A stretch of 64,000 nt of DNA. Source: Candidatus Omnitrophota bacterium. GTDB taxonomy: Bacteria; Omnitrophota; Gorgyraeia; JABMRN01; RBG-13-46-9. The notes beneath the pieces were generated by a model that did not search any database, was not told the origin of the DNA, and saw only the letters and a list, made by a program, of their open reading frames with translations. Position 1 is the first letter of the stretch. Every line of letters starts with the position of its first letter. The stretch covers positions 3,270-67,269 of the forward strand of contig JABMQJ010000007.1 in NCBI GenBank assembly GCA_013203315.1, written 5' to 3'. The position numbers were made by a program, and so were the translations under genes. Below, in pieces: positions 18,680 to 28,076 of the stretch.

Positions 18680-20004
18680 AGTCCTATGCGTTCGGCGAAT
18701 CCTTTAACAAAACTTTTTGTTATGGCGGAATATTTAAATAAAAAATATGTGAAAATAAAATATCCGCTCACATATAGCAGGGAATATATTTTTTGTCCTC
18801 CCTTATTTACAAACCCGTAGATACCGTAAGAACCCAGAAGGATAATATAGCCGTCTATCGGCATCCTGTAACGCGAGAACCCCGGGAATAATAAGGTAAA
18901 CGACATAAAATATAAAATTACAATAAGTATGTTCCAAATTTCTTTATTCTCTTTAAACGCGAAAAAAGTGCCTAAAAAAGCGAAGGGTAACATAAAAATA
19001 TACTGAAAATTAATAACATTCCCTCCCAAGATTTCCCAATCAATGATATTCCAGAAAAATAAAAATCTTATGGCAAACATTTTAAGCGCAAATAAGGGTT
19101 GTGTTCTATAAATTTTTATCGCCTCGTGCATGAAAAAATTATTACGTTCGGCCTCATTCGACATAGTATCATAGTTAATCGACATCGGGCTGCCCGGAGG
19201 GAAAGTAAATATCATGCCGTCCGCGGGCTTGCAGAGCCCTTGGTACATATTGATCCCGCCGTTTGTCGAGACTAATACAAATTTTCCATGGGCCCTGTAG
19301 TTTCGGACCGTCCAGGGCACTATTAGGATTAAAAAACAGAGGGCGAGCGCTAAAGAAAAGGCCGCGATTTTCGTCCATGGTAACTTGTTTTTACGCATTT
19401 TTGGAAGTAAAATAAAAAGTACTATAAAAGGCAGGAAGACGGCTGCTGATCTTGTGAGAGTAGCAATGCCGCATAATATACCCAACAGACAAAACCATTT
19501 CACGCCCGGTTTCTTGGCGATAATAGCCAGATAGATTATGGAAACCAAAAGAAACGTAAAAAGTGTTTCGGTGTATAGCATTTTTGAGCAAATAATAAAC
19601 GTCATGTAAAGGGATGAAAAAATACCCGTGATTATCGCCGTGGGCTTGTTAAAAATTTTCTCTGCCGTTAGATAAAGGATGCATACCGTGATAGAAGATA
19701 TGATAACTTGGATAACCCGAACGGCAAAATAACTGTGGCCGAATATGGCGTAAATAAACGCCAGGAAGCCTGCGTAAAACGGCGGTCTGTACGAAGTTGC
19801 GGCACCATCGGAATCCACATAGGCCCTTTCCTCCAAAAGCCTCATAGCTAGATTATCATGCTCGATTTCGTCCGTTTCTATTCCGGTGGGGCTACCCGCC
19901 AAATACAGGACCCGGATCGAAAATGCCGCAGCAAAGATAAGCAGAACTATTAGTAAACCTTTGTACTTGTTTCCCATAATAATATTACGTTTTGTTGGCC
20001 GCAA
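18673..20004 (-). CDS. GT-C fold membrane glycosyltransferase, ArnT/PMT (GT39/GT83-like) family
   Basis: N-terminal TM helix then loop with IETDEIEHD acidic motif (the DE motif of PMT/ArnT enzymes). YRPPFY and about 11 TM helices over 443 aa. Confidence 0.6.
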   Translation of the reverse strand: MRPTKRNIIMGNKYKGLLIVLLIFAAAFSIRVLYLAGSPTGIETDEIEHDNLAMRLLEERAYVDSDGAATSYRPPFYAGFLAFIYAIFGHSYFAVRVIQVIISSITVCILYLTAEKIFNKPTAIITGIFSSLYMTFIICSKMLYTETLFTFLLVSIIYLAIIAKKPGVKWFCLLGILCGIATLTRSAAVFLPFIVLFILLPKMRKNKLPWTKIAAFSLALALCFLILIVPWTVRNYRAHGKFVLVSTNGGINMYQGLCKPADGMIFTFPPGSPMSINYDTMSNEAERNNFFMHEAIKIYRTQPLFALKMFAIRFLFFWNIIDWEILGGNVINFQYIFMLPFAFLGTFFAFKENKEIWNILIVILYFMSFTLLFPGFSRYRMPIDGYIILLGSYGIYGFVNKGGQKIYSLLYVSGYFIFTYFLFKYSAITKSFVKGFAERIGLW

Positions 20005-21013
20005 CCCCTGCCAGTATATCCGTCATCCTTGGCCCGCACACATTGTAAGAATAATATTCTTTCACCCGCTGCCTGCCCTGCTGCCCCATTCTCTCCCGCA
20101 ACGAACGATCTTCAATCATTCGAGAAAGTTTATCAAACCACTCTTTGTCGGTTTCTGCTAAATATCCGTTTGTGCCGTCAGTAATTAAACTGGCGTTTAT
20201 GCCTACGGGGCTTGCAACGCAAGGGATCCCTCTGGACATGTAAAGTAATAATTTATATCCGGCCTTTTTACAGGACCACTCGTTTTGCTCCAGAGGCATG
20301 ATGCCTATATCGATCTCATCGAGAAATTTATTTTGTTTTTCGATAGACCATTCTGGTATCGTTACACCCAAAGCCTCAAGGCCTTGATTCCTTTCGGCGC
20401 CCATGAATTCTATATTCAGATTTTTAAATTTGTCTTTTAAATCTTTTAAAACAGGCAAAATAATGGAAAGATATTTGGAGGTTTCCGGGGAACCCACCCA
20501 TCCTAAAGTAGCAAAGCTTTTCCTTTTCGGCAAAACTTGATTACTTACATCAACCGGGCTAATCAAGTAATGTACGTTTCGATTGTGCTTGCATGCGAAT
20601 TGCCCAAATTCTTTATGTGAAACGATAACAGAAGCTGCATCTTTTAACATATATCCGATATCCCTATCGAGGTAAATTGCGTCGTCAAAGTCGAACACAA
20701 TGTTTTTGTTTAAGGCTTTGAGCATCTTCAGTATTATTTTAGGCAGTATTACTTTTTGCACAAAGATAATATCGTATCTTTTCGATAATATAAAAACAGC
20801 CATAAAGATGTATATTTTATAGAAAGTTTCTAAAATATATTGCCATGCGCTGTCCTTCTTTAAGTTCAGTATCCGCCTGCATTTAGCGTGCGTGGTAAAA
20901 GAAAGAACGTTATAAGCTATGCCCTTTTCTTTCAGAAAAGGCAGATATCCATATACCCTAGCCCTTGTGCTTGCAACAGTTTTATCGCCTATGGTCAAAA
21001 AAAGTACTTTCAT
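19985..21013 (-). CDS. GT4-family glycosyltransferase (paralog of 5947..7023)
   Basis: N-terminus TRARVYGYLPFLKEKGI versus TRYRVSQYLPQLEKRGI in the other copy. C-terminal GT-B motifs IGIMPLEQNEWSCKKAGYKLLLYMSRGIPCVASPVG. Confidence 0.65.
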   Translation of the reverse strand: MKVLFLTIGDKTVASTRARVYGYLPFLKEKGIAYNVLSFTTHAKCRRILNLKKDSAWQYILETFYKIYIFMAVFILSKRYDIIFVQKVILPKIILKMLKALNKNIVFDFDDAIYLDRDIGYMLKDAASVIVSHKEFGQFACKHNRNVHYLISPVDVSNQVLPKRKSFATLGWVGSPETSKYLSIILPVLKDLKDKFKNLNIEFMGAERNQGLEALGVTIPEWSIEKQNKFLDEIDIGIMPLEQNEWSCKKAGYKLLLYMSRGIPCVASPVGINASLITDGTNGYLAETDKEWFDKLSRMIEDRSLRERMGQQGRQRVKEYYSYNVCGPRMTDILAGVAANKT

Positions 21014-21026
21014 TATAAAATTGGGT

Positions 21027-22151
21027 TTATTTGAATTCCTTGCATTTACCTTTTCGAATTACATCTACAATTCTTTTGGCAGCCATTCCGTCGCCGAAAG
21101 GATTTTTTGCAAATCTTCCACTGCTGCTTTTTGCTTTCAACGCCTTGTTAACATGCTTATTTATTTTACGCGGGTCCGTCCCTACAAGAATCGAGGTACC
21201 TGCCCTAACAGCTTCCGGGCGCTCGGTACAGATCCTGGTCACAAATACTTTTTTCTTTAAGAACGGCGCTTCTTCCTGAACCCCTCCGGAATCGGAAATA
21301 ATAAACTTGGAACGGTCCATTAAATGCACAAATTCTTTATATGGCGGGGGCTCAATAAGCTTAACATTTTTTAATCCGCTTAAAGTCCTAAAAACGACTC
21401 CTCTTGCGTTCGGGTTAAGGTGAGCTGCCCAGAGCCAGCGAAAATCGGGATGTTTCTTTGCCAGGGACTTGATAGTAAGGCATATGTTTTTCATTCCGCC
21501 GTTAAAGTTTTCCCGTCTGTGGCCTGTAATAAGCGCGTAAGGTATCTCTAAAAAGGTTTTGTTAACACCTGTCACGTCAGGCGCATTTCGCCTTACTTTC
21601 TTTAAGACCCCTTTTAAAGCATCTATCACGGTATTGCCGGTTACAAATATTCTTTTCGGGTCCGTGCCCTCTTTCAGTAAGCTAAGTTTTGCGTACGGTG
21701 TAGGGCAAAAATTAAATCTCGCTACAAGTGAAACAAATTCGCGGTTTACCTCCTCGGGAAAAGGATTTCTGTTATCCCCGGAACGCAAACCCGCCTCAAT
21801 ATGGCCCACATCTATGTTTTCGTAATAAGCGGCCAGCGCTGCAGCAAAAACCGTAGAGGTGTCCCCTTGTAGAAGAACAAGATCCGGTTGTACTTTGCGG
21901 TATATTTTTCCTATTGCCTTCATAACACCTGAGGTAACATCGTAAAGTGTCTGTTTCGGCTTCATTAGGTTAAGATCTATATCGGGTTTAATGCCGAATT
22001 CGGCTAAGGCTTGGTCCAATAGATACCGATGTTGGGCCGTAACGCAGACGATGGGCTTTAAGCCCTTAGTTTTTTTTGCAAGCTCGATTACCGGAGCCAT
22101 TTTTATGGCTTCCGGCCGCGTTCCGAAAACAAATAAGATCTTTTTCGGCAT
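21027..22151 (-). CDS. UDP-N-acetylglucosamine 2-epimerase, non-hydrolysing (WecB/WbpI-like)
   Basis: KILFVFGTRPEAIKMAPVI N-terminus and HIEAGLRS catalytic-region motif. Confidence 0.8.
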   Translation of the reverse strand: MPKKILFVFGTRPEAIKMAPVIELAKKTKGLKPIVCVTAQHRYLLDQALAEFGIKPDIDLNLMKPKQTLYDVTSGVMKAIGKIYRKVQPDLVLLQGDTSTVFAAALAAYYENIDVGHIEAGLRSGDNRNPFPEEVNREFVSLVARFNFCPTPYAKLSLLKEGTDPKRIFVTGNTVIDALKGVLKKVRRNAPDVTGVNKTFLEIPYALITGHRRENFNGGMKNICLTIKSLAKKHPDFRWLWAAHLNPNARGVVFRTLSGLKNVKLIEPPPYKEFVHLMDRSKFIISDSGGVQEEAPFLKKKVFVTRICTERPEAVRAGTSILVGTDPRKINKHVNKALKAKSSSGRFAKNPFGDGMAAKRIVDVIRKGKCKEFK

Positions 22152-22153
22152 AA

Positions 22154-22717
22154 TCAGATTTTCCTTTTACATGAAGTGCATCGGCTATTCTTACTTTTCA
22201 ACGGTTGTCCGCAATAGCATGCATATCCTTTTACCACAGCCGGCACACCGTAAACAAGCGCATGAGGCGGCACATTTTTAGTTACTACCGAGCCCATTCC
22301 TATCATGCAATATTTTCCCAGGGTTATGCCGCACCCTATGACTGCGCCGGCGCCTATGGTTACGCCTTCCTCGACTAGGGTTTCTTCTGTTTCCTCGGTG
22401 GGTCCGGACGTGTAGAGCTTGTTCCCCGGGCCCTTAACTGATCTTGGAAATCTATCATTTGTAAAAATTGTACCTGCCGATATCATGACCTTGTCTTTTA
22501 TTGTAACTCCGGCACATATGTAAGCGGACGAGTTTATCTTAACTAGATTTCCGATCTTGACATCATAGGCGATGTAGGTTTTACCTCCTATTATGGAATT
22601 TTTACCTATCTCGGCGTTTTTTCTTATGTGAACGTTATCCCAAACACTTGTGCCCGCGCCGATCTTGACATCTTTTTCTATGATTGCTGTTTTGTGTATA
22701 AAAACGTCCTTACCCAT
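22154..22717 (-). CDS. Hexapeptide-repeat acetyltransferase (second WbpD-like copy)
   Basis: Tandem hexapeptide repeats (IGKNSIIGGKTYIAYDVKIGNLVKI..). C-terminal CxxC pair. Confidence 0.7.
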   Translation of the reverse strand: MGKDVFIHKTAIIEKDVKIGAGTSVWDNVHIRKNAEIGKNSIIGGKTYIAYDVKIGNLVKINSSAYICAGVTIKDKVMISAGTIFTNDRFPRSVKGPGNKLYTSGPTEETEETLVEEGVTIGAGAVIGCGITLGKYCMIGMGSVVTKNVPPHALVYGVPAVVKGYACYCGQPLKSKNSRCTSCKRKI

Positions 22718-22718
22718 A

Positions 22719-23705
22719 TCAACCTACCTTTATCCATTTATTCATTCTGCCAGATTCATAGGCCTTTTCAATAACCTTTACGGATTCAAACCCGTCCACA
22801 TCTGTTATTATGGGTTTTATACCCGTTGTTATGCATTCTATGAAGTGCTTACCCTGGTTAGAGAAAGCCCTTTGTTTATCATAACCGCTTCCAAAAACCT
22901 GCCAGTTATCTTTTCCGTGCAGTTTATACTGTGACGACTTCCACCCTATGAGAAGCGTTCCTTCGGTCCCATAAATGCTTATGTAGCTGGGCATGTCTTT
23001 ATTTAAACTCCAGCTTAAGTCAATGGTTCCCATCACTTTGGATTTACTCTGGAAATATATACGCGCGGTATCTTCTACCGGTACCCTCTGTATCTGGCAA
23101 CCGAATTGCGCCTGCGTAAGGGCTATGGGGCCCAAGAGGAATCTTGCGATATCAACCGAATGCGCGCCGTTATCGATCAATACGCCGCCACCTGAGATTT
23201 TTTTATTCGAGTTCCATCTTTTTGTCATATCAACCCTGCTGCAAAAAACATTTTCAAAAAGCACAAGCTTACCGAGAGTCCCTGATTCTATTATGGCTTT
23301 CGCCTTAACTACGTCGTCGGTAAACCTGAACTTTGATGCCATCATGAGCACTACACGATTTTTCTTAGCTGACTCACGCATCTTTTGCGCCGCGGATCTA
23401 TTTAAGGCAAACGGTTTTTCACAGAGTACGTGGATCCCGTTTGACATCGCAAAAATCGATATTTCCGCATGCACATTAGGCGGAGCGCAAATAACAATGG
23501 CGTCGAGCTCTTCTTTTTTTATCATTGTCTTGTAATTTGTGTAGGCGCTACATTTGTATTGCTCGGCAAAGCTTTTTGCTTTCGTCTCTTCCTTGTCGGC
23601 AACGGCTTTTATGTTTACGTTCTTTATTTTAGCAAAAGCCCTTAAATGGTCCTGGGCTATTCTGCCGCAGCCTACAATAGCTAAATTTATTGTCTTTTTC
23701 TTCAT
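22719..23705 (-). CDS. Gfo/Idh/MocA-family sugar oxidoreductase (second WbpB-like copy)
   Basis: LAIVGCGRIAQDHL Rossmann motif and EKP motif (LCEKPFA). Confidence 0.75.
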   Translation of the reverse strand: MKKKTINLAIVGCGRIAQDHLRAFAKIKNVNIKAVADKEETKAKSFAEQYKCSAYTNYKTMIKKEELDAIVICAPPNVHAEISIFAMSNGIHVLCEKPFALNRSAAQKMRESAKKNRVVLMMASKFRFTDDVVKAKAIIESGTLGKLVLFENVFCSRVDMTKRWNSNKKISGGGVLIDNGAHSVDIARFLLGPIALTQAQFGCQIQRVPVEDTARIYFQSKSKVMGTIDLSWSLNKDMPSYISIYGTEGTLLIGWKSSQYKLHGKDNWQVFGSGYDKQRAFSNQGKHFIECITTGIKPIITDVDGFESVKVIEKAYESGRMNKWIKVG

Positions 23706-24931
23706 CGCACCCCCTGTTTTTTCTTATTCAGAAAAGATTCGGTGACTTCTTTTATGTTTTTCGCTATGTAATCTACGTGCTCTGTGGTATAGAACTCATT
23801 CCACGGTAAAACCAGGACCTGCTCAAGAGCCTTCATCGTGCCGGGATATTCGGCAGTATCGTAAACAACTTCTTTTTCACCTTTCCTGCTTGAGCAATCG
23901 TATGGACAATGGCTCTTGCCGTAGGTTACCTTGTCTTTTAAAACTTTGCACATAAAGGCCGGTTTCTGTATATATCGCGGTACCGAAAAAATGTCTTTTT
24001 CCTTAAGTACCTTAGAGATTTCCGTTACACCTACGCCGAATAAATCGGTATCAACGATAAGGGCGTATTTCCAGAAAACATGCTCGCTATCTTTCGTAGA
24101 TTCCGGCAAGGTTATACCGGGCGTACCCCGAAGACGCTCTGTAAGCAATTTTGCTGTATCCTGTCGTCTTTTCACAACGCCTCTTACTTTCCTAAGCTGC
24201 GCCAAGGCTACTGCGCCCTGAAGATCGGTCATTCTATAGTTTAAAGCGAGGAAATAGTGATCCGGATTCGGGTCTCCGTATCCCCAGGCTTTATCGATGA
24301 ATAGCCTTATCCTTCGCTCGAGTGCGGCGTCTTTTGTAATGATTATACCGCCCTCGCCTGTTGTCATGTGCTTACCCTGTTGCAGGCTAAAACAGCCTAT
24401 GTCGCCTATAGTTCCAACGTTTTTGCCCTTGTAAGTGGCAAAATAGGCCTGACAGCAATCCTCTATTACAGGAATTTTATGTTCTCGCGCAAGATCCATT
24501 ATAGGATCCATTTCAGCGGGTTTTCCGAACAAATGCACAACTATTATGGCTTTGGTGCGTTTTGTAATCTTCGGTCTTATGGTATCAGCCGTAATGTTGA
24601 GTGTTACAGGATCCGTATCCGCAAAAATAGGTATCGCATTTTGATAAAGTATGGGTGTTATGCCTCCCATGTCCGTTATAGGGGTTGAGATGATTTCATC
24701 CCCCGGATCAGGGTTTACAGCAGCAATCGCTGTGTGGAGCGAAGATGTTCCGGAGGTCGTAGCATGAGCAAACCTTACACCGCATTCTTCGGCAAACTCC
24801 TTTACGAGTTTCTTAACCATAGTCCCCTTTGTCGCGTTTAGCGTACCGGATTCGATCACCTCTTTTAAAAGAGCTATTTCTTCTTTTCCTAAATCCCTTC
24901 CGGTTGAATTAGAATCGTTTGGCAGTTTCAT
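23702..24931 (-). CDS. DegT-family PLP sugar aminotransferase (WbpE-like)
   Basis: Fold-type I aminotransferase. The likely start is MKLPNDS at 24931 (ATGA overlap with the upstream gene) rather than the track start at 24970. Confidence 0.75.
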   Translation of the reverse strand: MKLPNDSNSTGRDLGKEEIALLKEVIESGTLNATKGTMVKKLVKEFAEECGVRFAHATTSGTSSLHTAIAAVNPDPGDEIISTPITDMGGITPILYQNAIPIFADTDPVTLNITADTIRPKITKRTKAIIVVHLFGKPAEMDPIMDLAREHKIPVIEDCCQAYFATYKGKNVGTIGDIGCFSLQQGKHMTTGEGGIIITKDAALERRIRLFIDKAWGYGDPNPDHYFLALNYRMTDLQGAVALAQLRKVRGVVKRRQDTAKLLTERLRGTPGITLPESTKDSEHVFWKYALIVDTDLFGVGVTEISKVLKEKDIFSVPRYIQKPAFMCKVLKDKVTYGKSHCPYDCSSRKGEKEVVYDTAEYPGTMKALEQVLVLPWNEFYTTEHVDYIAKNIKEVTESFLNKKKQGVR

Positions 24932-25641
24932 GCGTTCTCCTTTCTTAACAATGTTCTCATAATAAAACACAAATGTTCCCTTATTAACTTTAAGCTTTTT
25001 GCGTGAGAAGATCCGAATTGTCTCACCTTTAAGGTAGCCGGGTATTCCACTATCTTCAGACCTTTCTTTCGCGCTTTTATCAATATCTCCGCCATTGCGA
25101 GAAACCCGTCAGACCTAAAATATGAATTTTTCAGGGCTTCTCTTTTATATATCCTAAACATGCTAGTATAGGTATAAAACTTGGATTTTACCACAATATT
25201 GTATAAATTTGAAAGATTTCTGCTCAAAAACAGCCTATAAGCCGGCACGTTAAGCGTCGAGCCCTTTGGGTGATAAGGAGAAGCTGTGACAATATCAGCG
25301 TTTTCGTTTTTGATAATGTCTAGCATTTTAACTAAATAGCTTGGTTCGTAAGTACAATCTGAGTCTATTGTTGCTATATAATCCCCGCGCGAATTCGATG
25401 CGCCTGTCTTAATAGCAGCGCCTACGCCCGTATTTTTAGCGTGCTTTACGACCTTGACATCATTTCCGATTCGATCTCTATAGAGGCTGCGCAAGCGATC
25501 GTACGTAGAGTCTGAACTTCCGTCATCAACAAAAACAAACTCATGATCCTCGCGCAGATCCTGCTCCAGGTCTTTAAGCTTGGAGGCAAGATGTTCCAGG
25601 CCTTCTTCTTCATTAAAACATGGGATAACAATAGATATCAT
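24928..25641 (-). CDS. DPM1-like GT2 polyprenyl-phosphate monosaccharide synthase
   Basis: ISIVIPCFNEE..FVDDGSSDST..IDSDCTYEP motifs. 237 aa, no TM. Confidence 0.7.
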   Translation of the reverse strand: MISIVIPCFNEEEGLEHLASKLKDLEQDLREDHEFVFVDDGSSDSTYDRLRSLYRDRIGNDVKVVKHAKNTGVGAAIKTGASNSRGDYIATIDSDCTYEPSYLVKMLDIIKNENADIVTASPYHPKGSTLNVPAYRLFLSRNLSNLYNIVVKSKFYTYTSMFRIYKREALKNSYFRSDGFLAMAEILIKARKKGLKIVEYPATLKVRQFGSSHAKSLKLIREHLCFIMRTLLRKENA

Positions 25642-25650
25642 TTTGAATTC

Positions 25651-27045
25651 CTATTTTATCATTGCCTTTAAAAGATTTTTTCCGGCGTCAAAATTAAGTT
25701 TTAATCGATGAATGGATTTTAATCTGCGTGCCTGTTTCAGAAAAATGCCGGGCCTCAAATAAAATTCTCTGTAGGCACGTTTTTGCAAATCCCTGATCTC
25801 CTCTGCGGTTAGATCTTTTAATCTGTGCACCGGTGAAGTATGTATGCCGTAATTATCAAAATTATGTTCGAAAATGAGGTTGTTGCCAAGCAGTTCATCG
25901 TAAACCTCTGTACCGGGAAAAGGCTTCAATATATGAAATTTTGCGATATCAGGATTGATTTTCTTCGCAAATTCAATGGTTTTCCTTATATCATCGGCTG
26001 TTTCGCCGGGTAAACCCATTATAAAAAATGCCCATATTTCTATGCCATATTTGCGCGTTATCTTAAAAACCTCCTCAATCCGTTCAAGCTTAATGCCCTT
26101 TTTGATTCTGTCCAGTATTTTCTGGCTACCCGATTCAATCCCGAAAGCGATGCTATAGATACCCATCTCCTTTAGAGCGCTAAGAAGCTCCTCGTCGACA
26201 GAATCGATCCTCATGCCGTCCGGTACTGCAAAGTTCAGGCGTAAATTTCTCTTTTTTATTTCATCCTTGATCCGGATGACCCTCGATTTTATAAGCGCGA
26301 AATTATCGTCCCAGATATGTATTTCTTTAGCTCCGAATTCTCTGACCAGGTATTCTATTTCATCAACTATATTCTTAGGCGATCTTGTCCTGAATTTTCG
26401 TTTAAAAATACAGCTTCCCGCGCAATAGGTGCAACGGGCAGGACAGCCTCTGCTTGTAATAATCGGAAATACAGGGGTAGCCAATGTATCGGGATATGTA
26501 TAGTTGCGGTTGTTGCAAAGGTGCCTTGCCGGAAAGGGAACTTCGTCGAGATTGTCAATGAGTTCCCTATCTTTATTTTTATGTACCTTCCCGTTCTTTC
26601 TATAATAAATGCCGTCTATCGATTCCGGGCCACGACGGCCTTCCAGATAATCGGCGAGTTCAACTATTGTCCTTTCCCCTTCGCCCTTAACGATAAAGTC
26701 GACTGAATCAAACTTCATTGACTCTTCCGGTAGCGCCGTTACGTGAATGCCGCCTAGGACTGTAAGTGCTTTGGAATATTTTTTAACCAGCTTTGACAGG
26801 GAAATGGCTTCGTTAAAAGTAGGCGTAGTCGTGGTTATCCCTACCAGATCATAATTATGTTCTTCTAATTTTTTTATAAAATCCTTTTCAGAAATCTTAT
26901 CGGCATCCATATCGATAATGTTAACTGTACGGCCCGCCGCCTCCAGGACCGAGCCGATATATCCAAGCCCAAGGGGCGGAAAATCCGGAGCCGAAAGCTT
27001 TCCGTATATTTTTGACTGTGAGGGAGCGGCTAATAAAATTTTCAT
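25651..27045 (-). CDS. B12-binding domain radical SAM enzyme
   Basis: PLGLGYIGSVLEAAGRTVNIIDMD cobalamin-domain-like N-terminus, then TSRGCPARCTYC. Confidence 0.75.
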   Translation of the reverse strand: MKILLAAPSQSKIYGKLSAPDFPPLGLGYIGSVLEAAGRTVNIIDMDADKISEKDFIKKLEEHNYDLVGITTTTPTFNEAISLSKLVKKYSKALTVLGGIHVTALPEESMKFDSVDFIVKGEGERTIVELADYLEGRRGPESIDGIYYRKNGKVHKNKDRELIDNLDEVPFPARHLCNNRNYTYPDTLATPVFPIITSRGCPARCTYCAGSCIFKRKFRTRSPKNIVDEIEYLVREFGAKEIHIWDDNFALIKSRVIRIKDEIKKRNLRLNFAVPDGMRIDSVDEELLSALKEMGIYSIAFGIESGSQKILDRIKKGIKLERIEEVFKITRKYGIEIWAFFIMGLPGETADDIRKTIEFAKKINPDIAKFHILKPFPGTEVYDELLGNNLIFEHNFDNYGIHTSPVHRLKDLTAEEIRDLQKRAYREFYLRPGIFLKQARRLKSIHRLKLNFDAGKNLLKAMIK

Positions 27046-28076
27046 CGTAACAATGTCCTTGCCATTACGCCGGGGTTAAAAAGAGAATTTATCAGGTAAA
27101 CGCAGGAGTGGGTACAAAAGCAACTCTTGATCTTTTGCCTGATCTGGTCAGCTTTTTTTGATGTCCACAATTTATTAAAATCGTATCCAAAATCCCTGAG
27201 ATTGCCTATTTTTTCATTTATCAATTCACATGCATAGACATCGCCGTACGGGTTTATCACAGCACTTAAACGGCCTGCAAAACAATCTATCTTCTTTTTG
27301 TTTCTTTCCAAAGTTTCCAAAATCAAATCATGTTCATAAAGCTTGGTTTTTTGCAGTATTTTTCCTTTCCATCCGCCGCCATAGCCGTAGGAGCTTATGC
27401 ACCCCTTTATTACCGGAAACAGTTCCCTGCACCGGGCTATATCGGGTAAAGAAACAGATAGAGAGCGTGGCTGTCCCCTTAAAAACTCGAAGCTGTGCAT
27501 ATCCGCACGAAATGAACGCTTAACATAATCTATAATCTTTGTGATTTCGGATTCATTTTCTTTCATTATTACTGTATTAAAACTGATCTTAAAATTTGGG
27601 TGCTTCTCCCTTAGCCTGCTAACTCTTTGGTATGTTTCGGTTACTTTGTCAAAATTGCCGCCAACGCCCCGTATCGCATCATGCGTATCCCGGAGACCAT
27701 CCAGAGAGAGTGATAGTAATAGGCTTGACCTATTATTTTTCAATATTTCTTTAAGGGCCTTCTCAATCCCCTCGGGATCAAGGCAGTTAGTAGGAATTGC
27801 TGTGGTATTTACTTTTCCGAACGCATCACAGATCCCGGGTAAATCTTTCCTTAAAAAAGGTTCTCCCCCGCCGATTTGTAGCCAGATAATATCATCGAGG
27901 TGCTTTCGAATTTTCCTTATTTCATCGACTGTCAATTCATTTTCTACGGCGCTTTCGTCAATTTCCTTCCATAAAAAACAGCTCCTACATTTAGAATTAC
28001 ACCTATAAGTACAATGAAACATGATATGAATCGGAAGCCCATTTTTATTCCACATTTTCGCTAAATAATTTATCAT
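27042..28076 (-). CDS. Radical SAM enzyme with C-terminal Cys-rich SPASM/twitch-like auxiliary-cluster domain
   Basis: CNSKCRSC (Cx3Cx2C) near the N-terminus, GGGEP motif, and C-terminal cysteines (CFAGR..YACE..CFCTHSC). Confidence 0.65.
   Translation of the reverse strand: MINYLAKMWNKNGLPIHIMFHCTYRCNSKCRSCFLWKEIDESAVENELTVDEIRKIRKHLDDIIWLQIGGGEPFLRKDLPGICDAFGKVNTTAIPTNCLDPEGIEKALKEILKNNRSSLLLSLSLDGLRDTHDAIRGVGGNFDKVTETYQRVSRLREKHPNFKISFNTVIMKENESEITKIIDYVKRSFRADMHSFEFLRGQPRSLSVSLPDIARCRELFPVIKGCISSYGYGGGWKGKILQKTKLYEHDLILETLERNKKKIDCFAGRLSAVINPYGDVYACELINEKIGNLRDFGYDFNKLWTSKKADQIRQKIKSCFCTHSCVYLINSLFNPGVMARTLLR

Noticed and set aside
27042-28076. RiPP (ribosomal peptide) biosynthetic cluster suggested by the SPASM radical SAM
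   Set aside because: I saw no precursor-peptide-like small ORF, peptidase or transporter partners nearby. The gene is translationally coupled to glycan enzymes instead.
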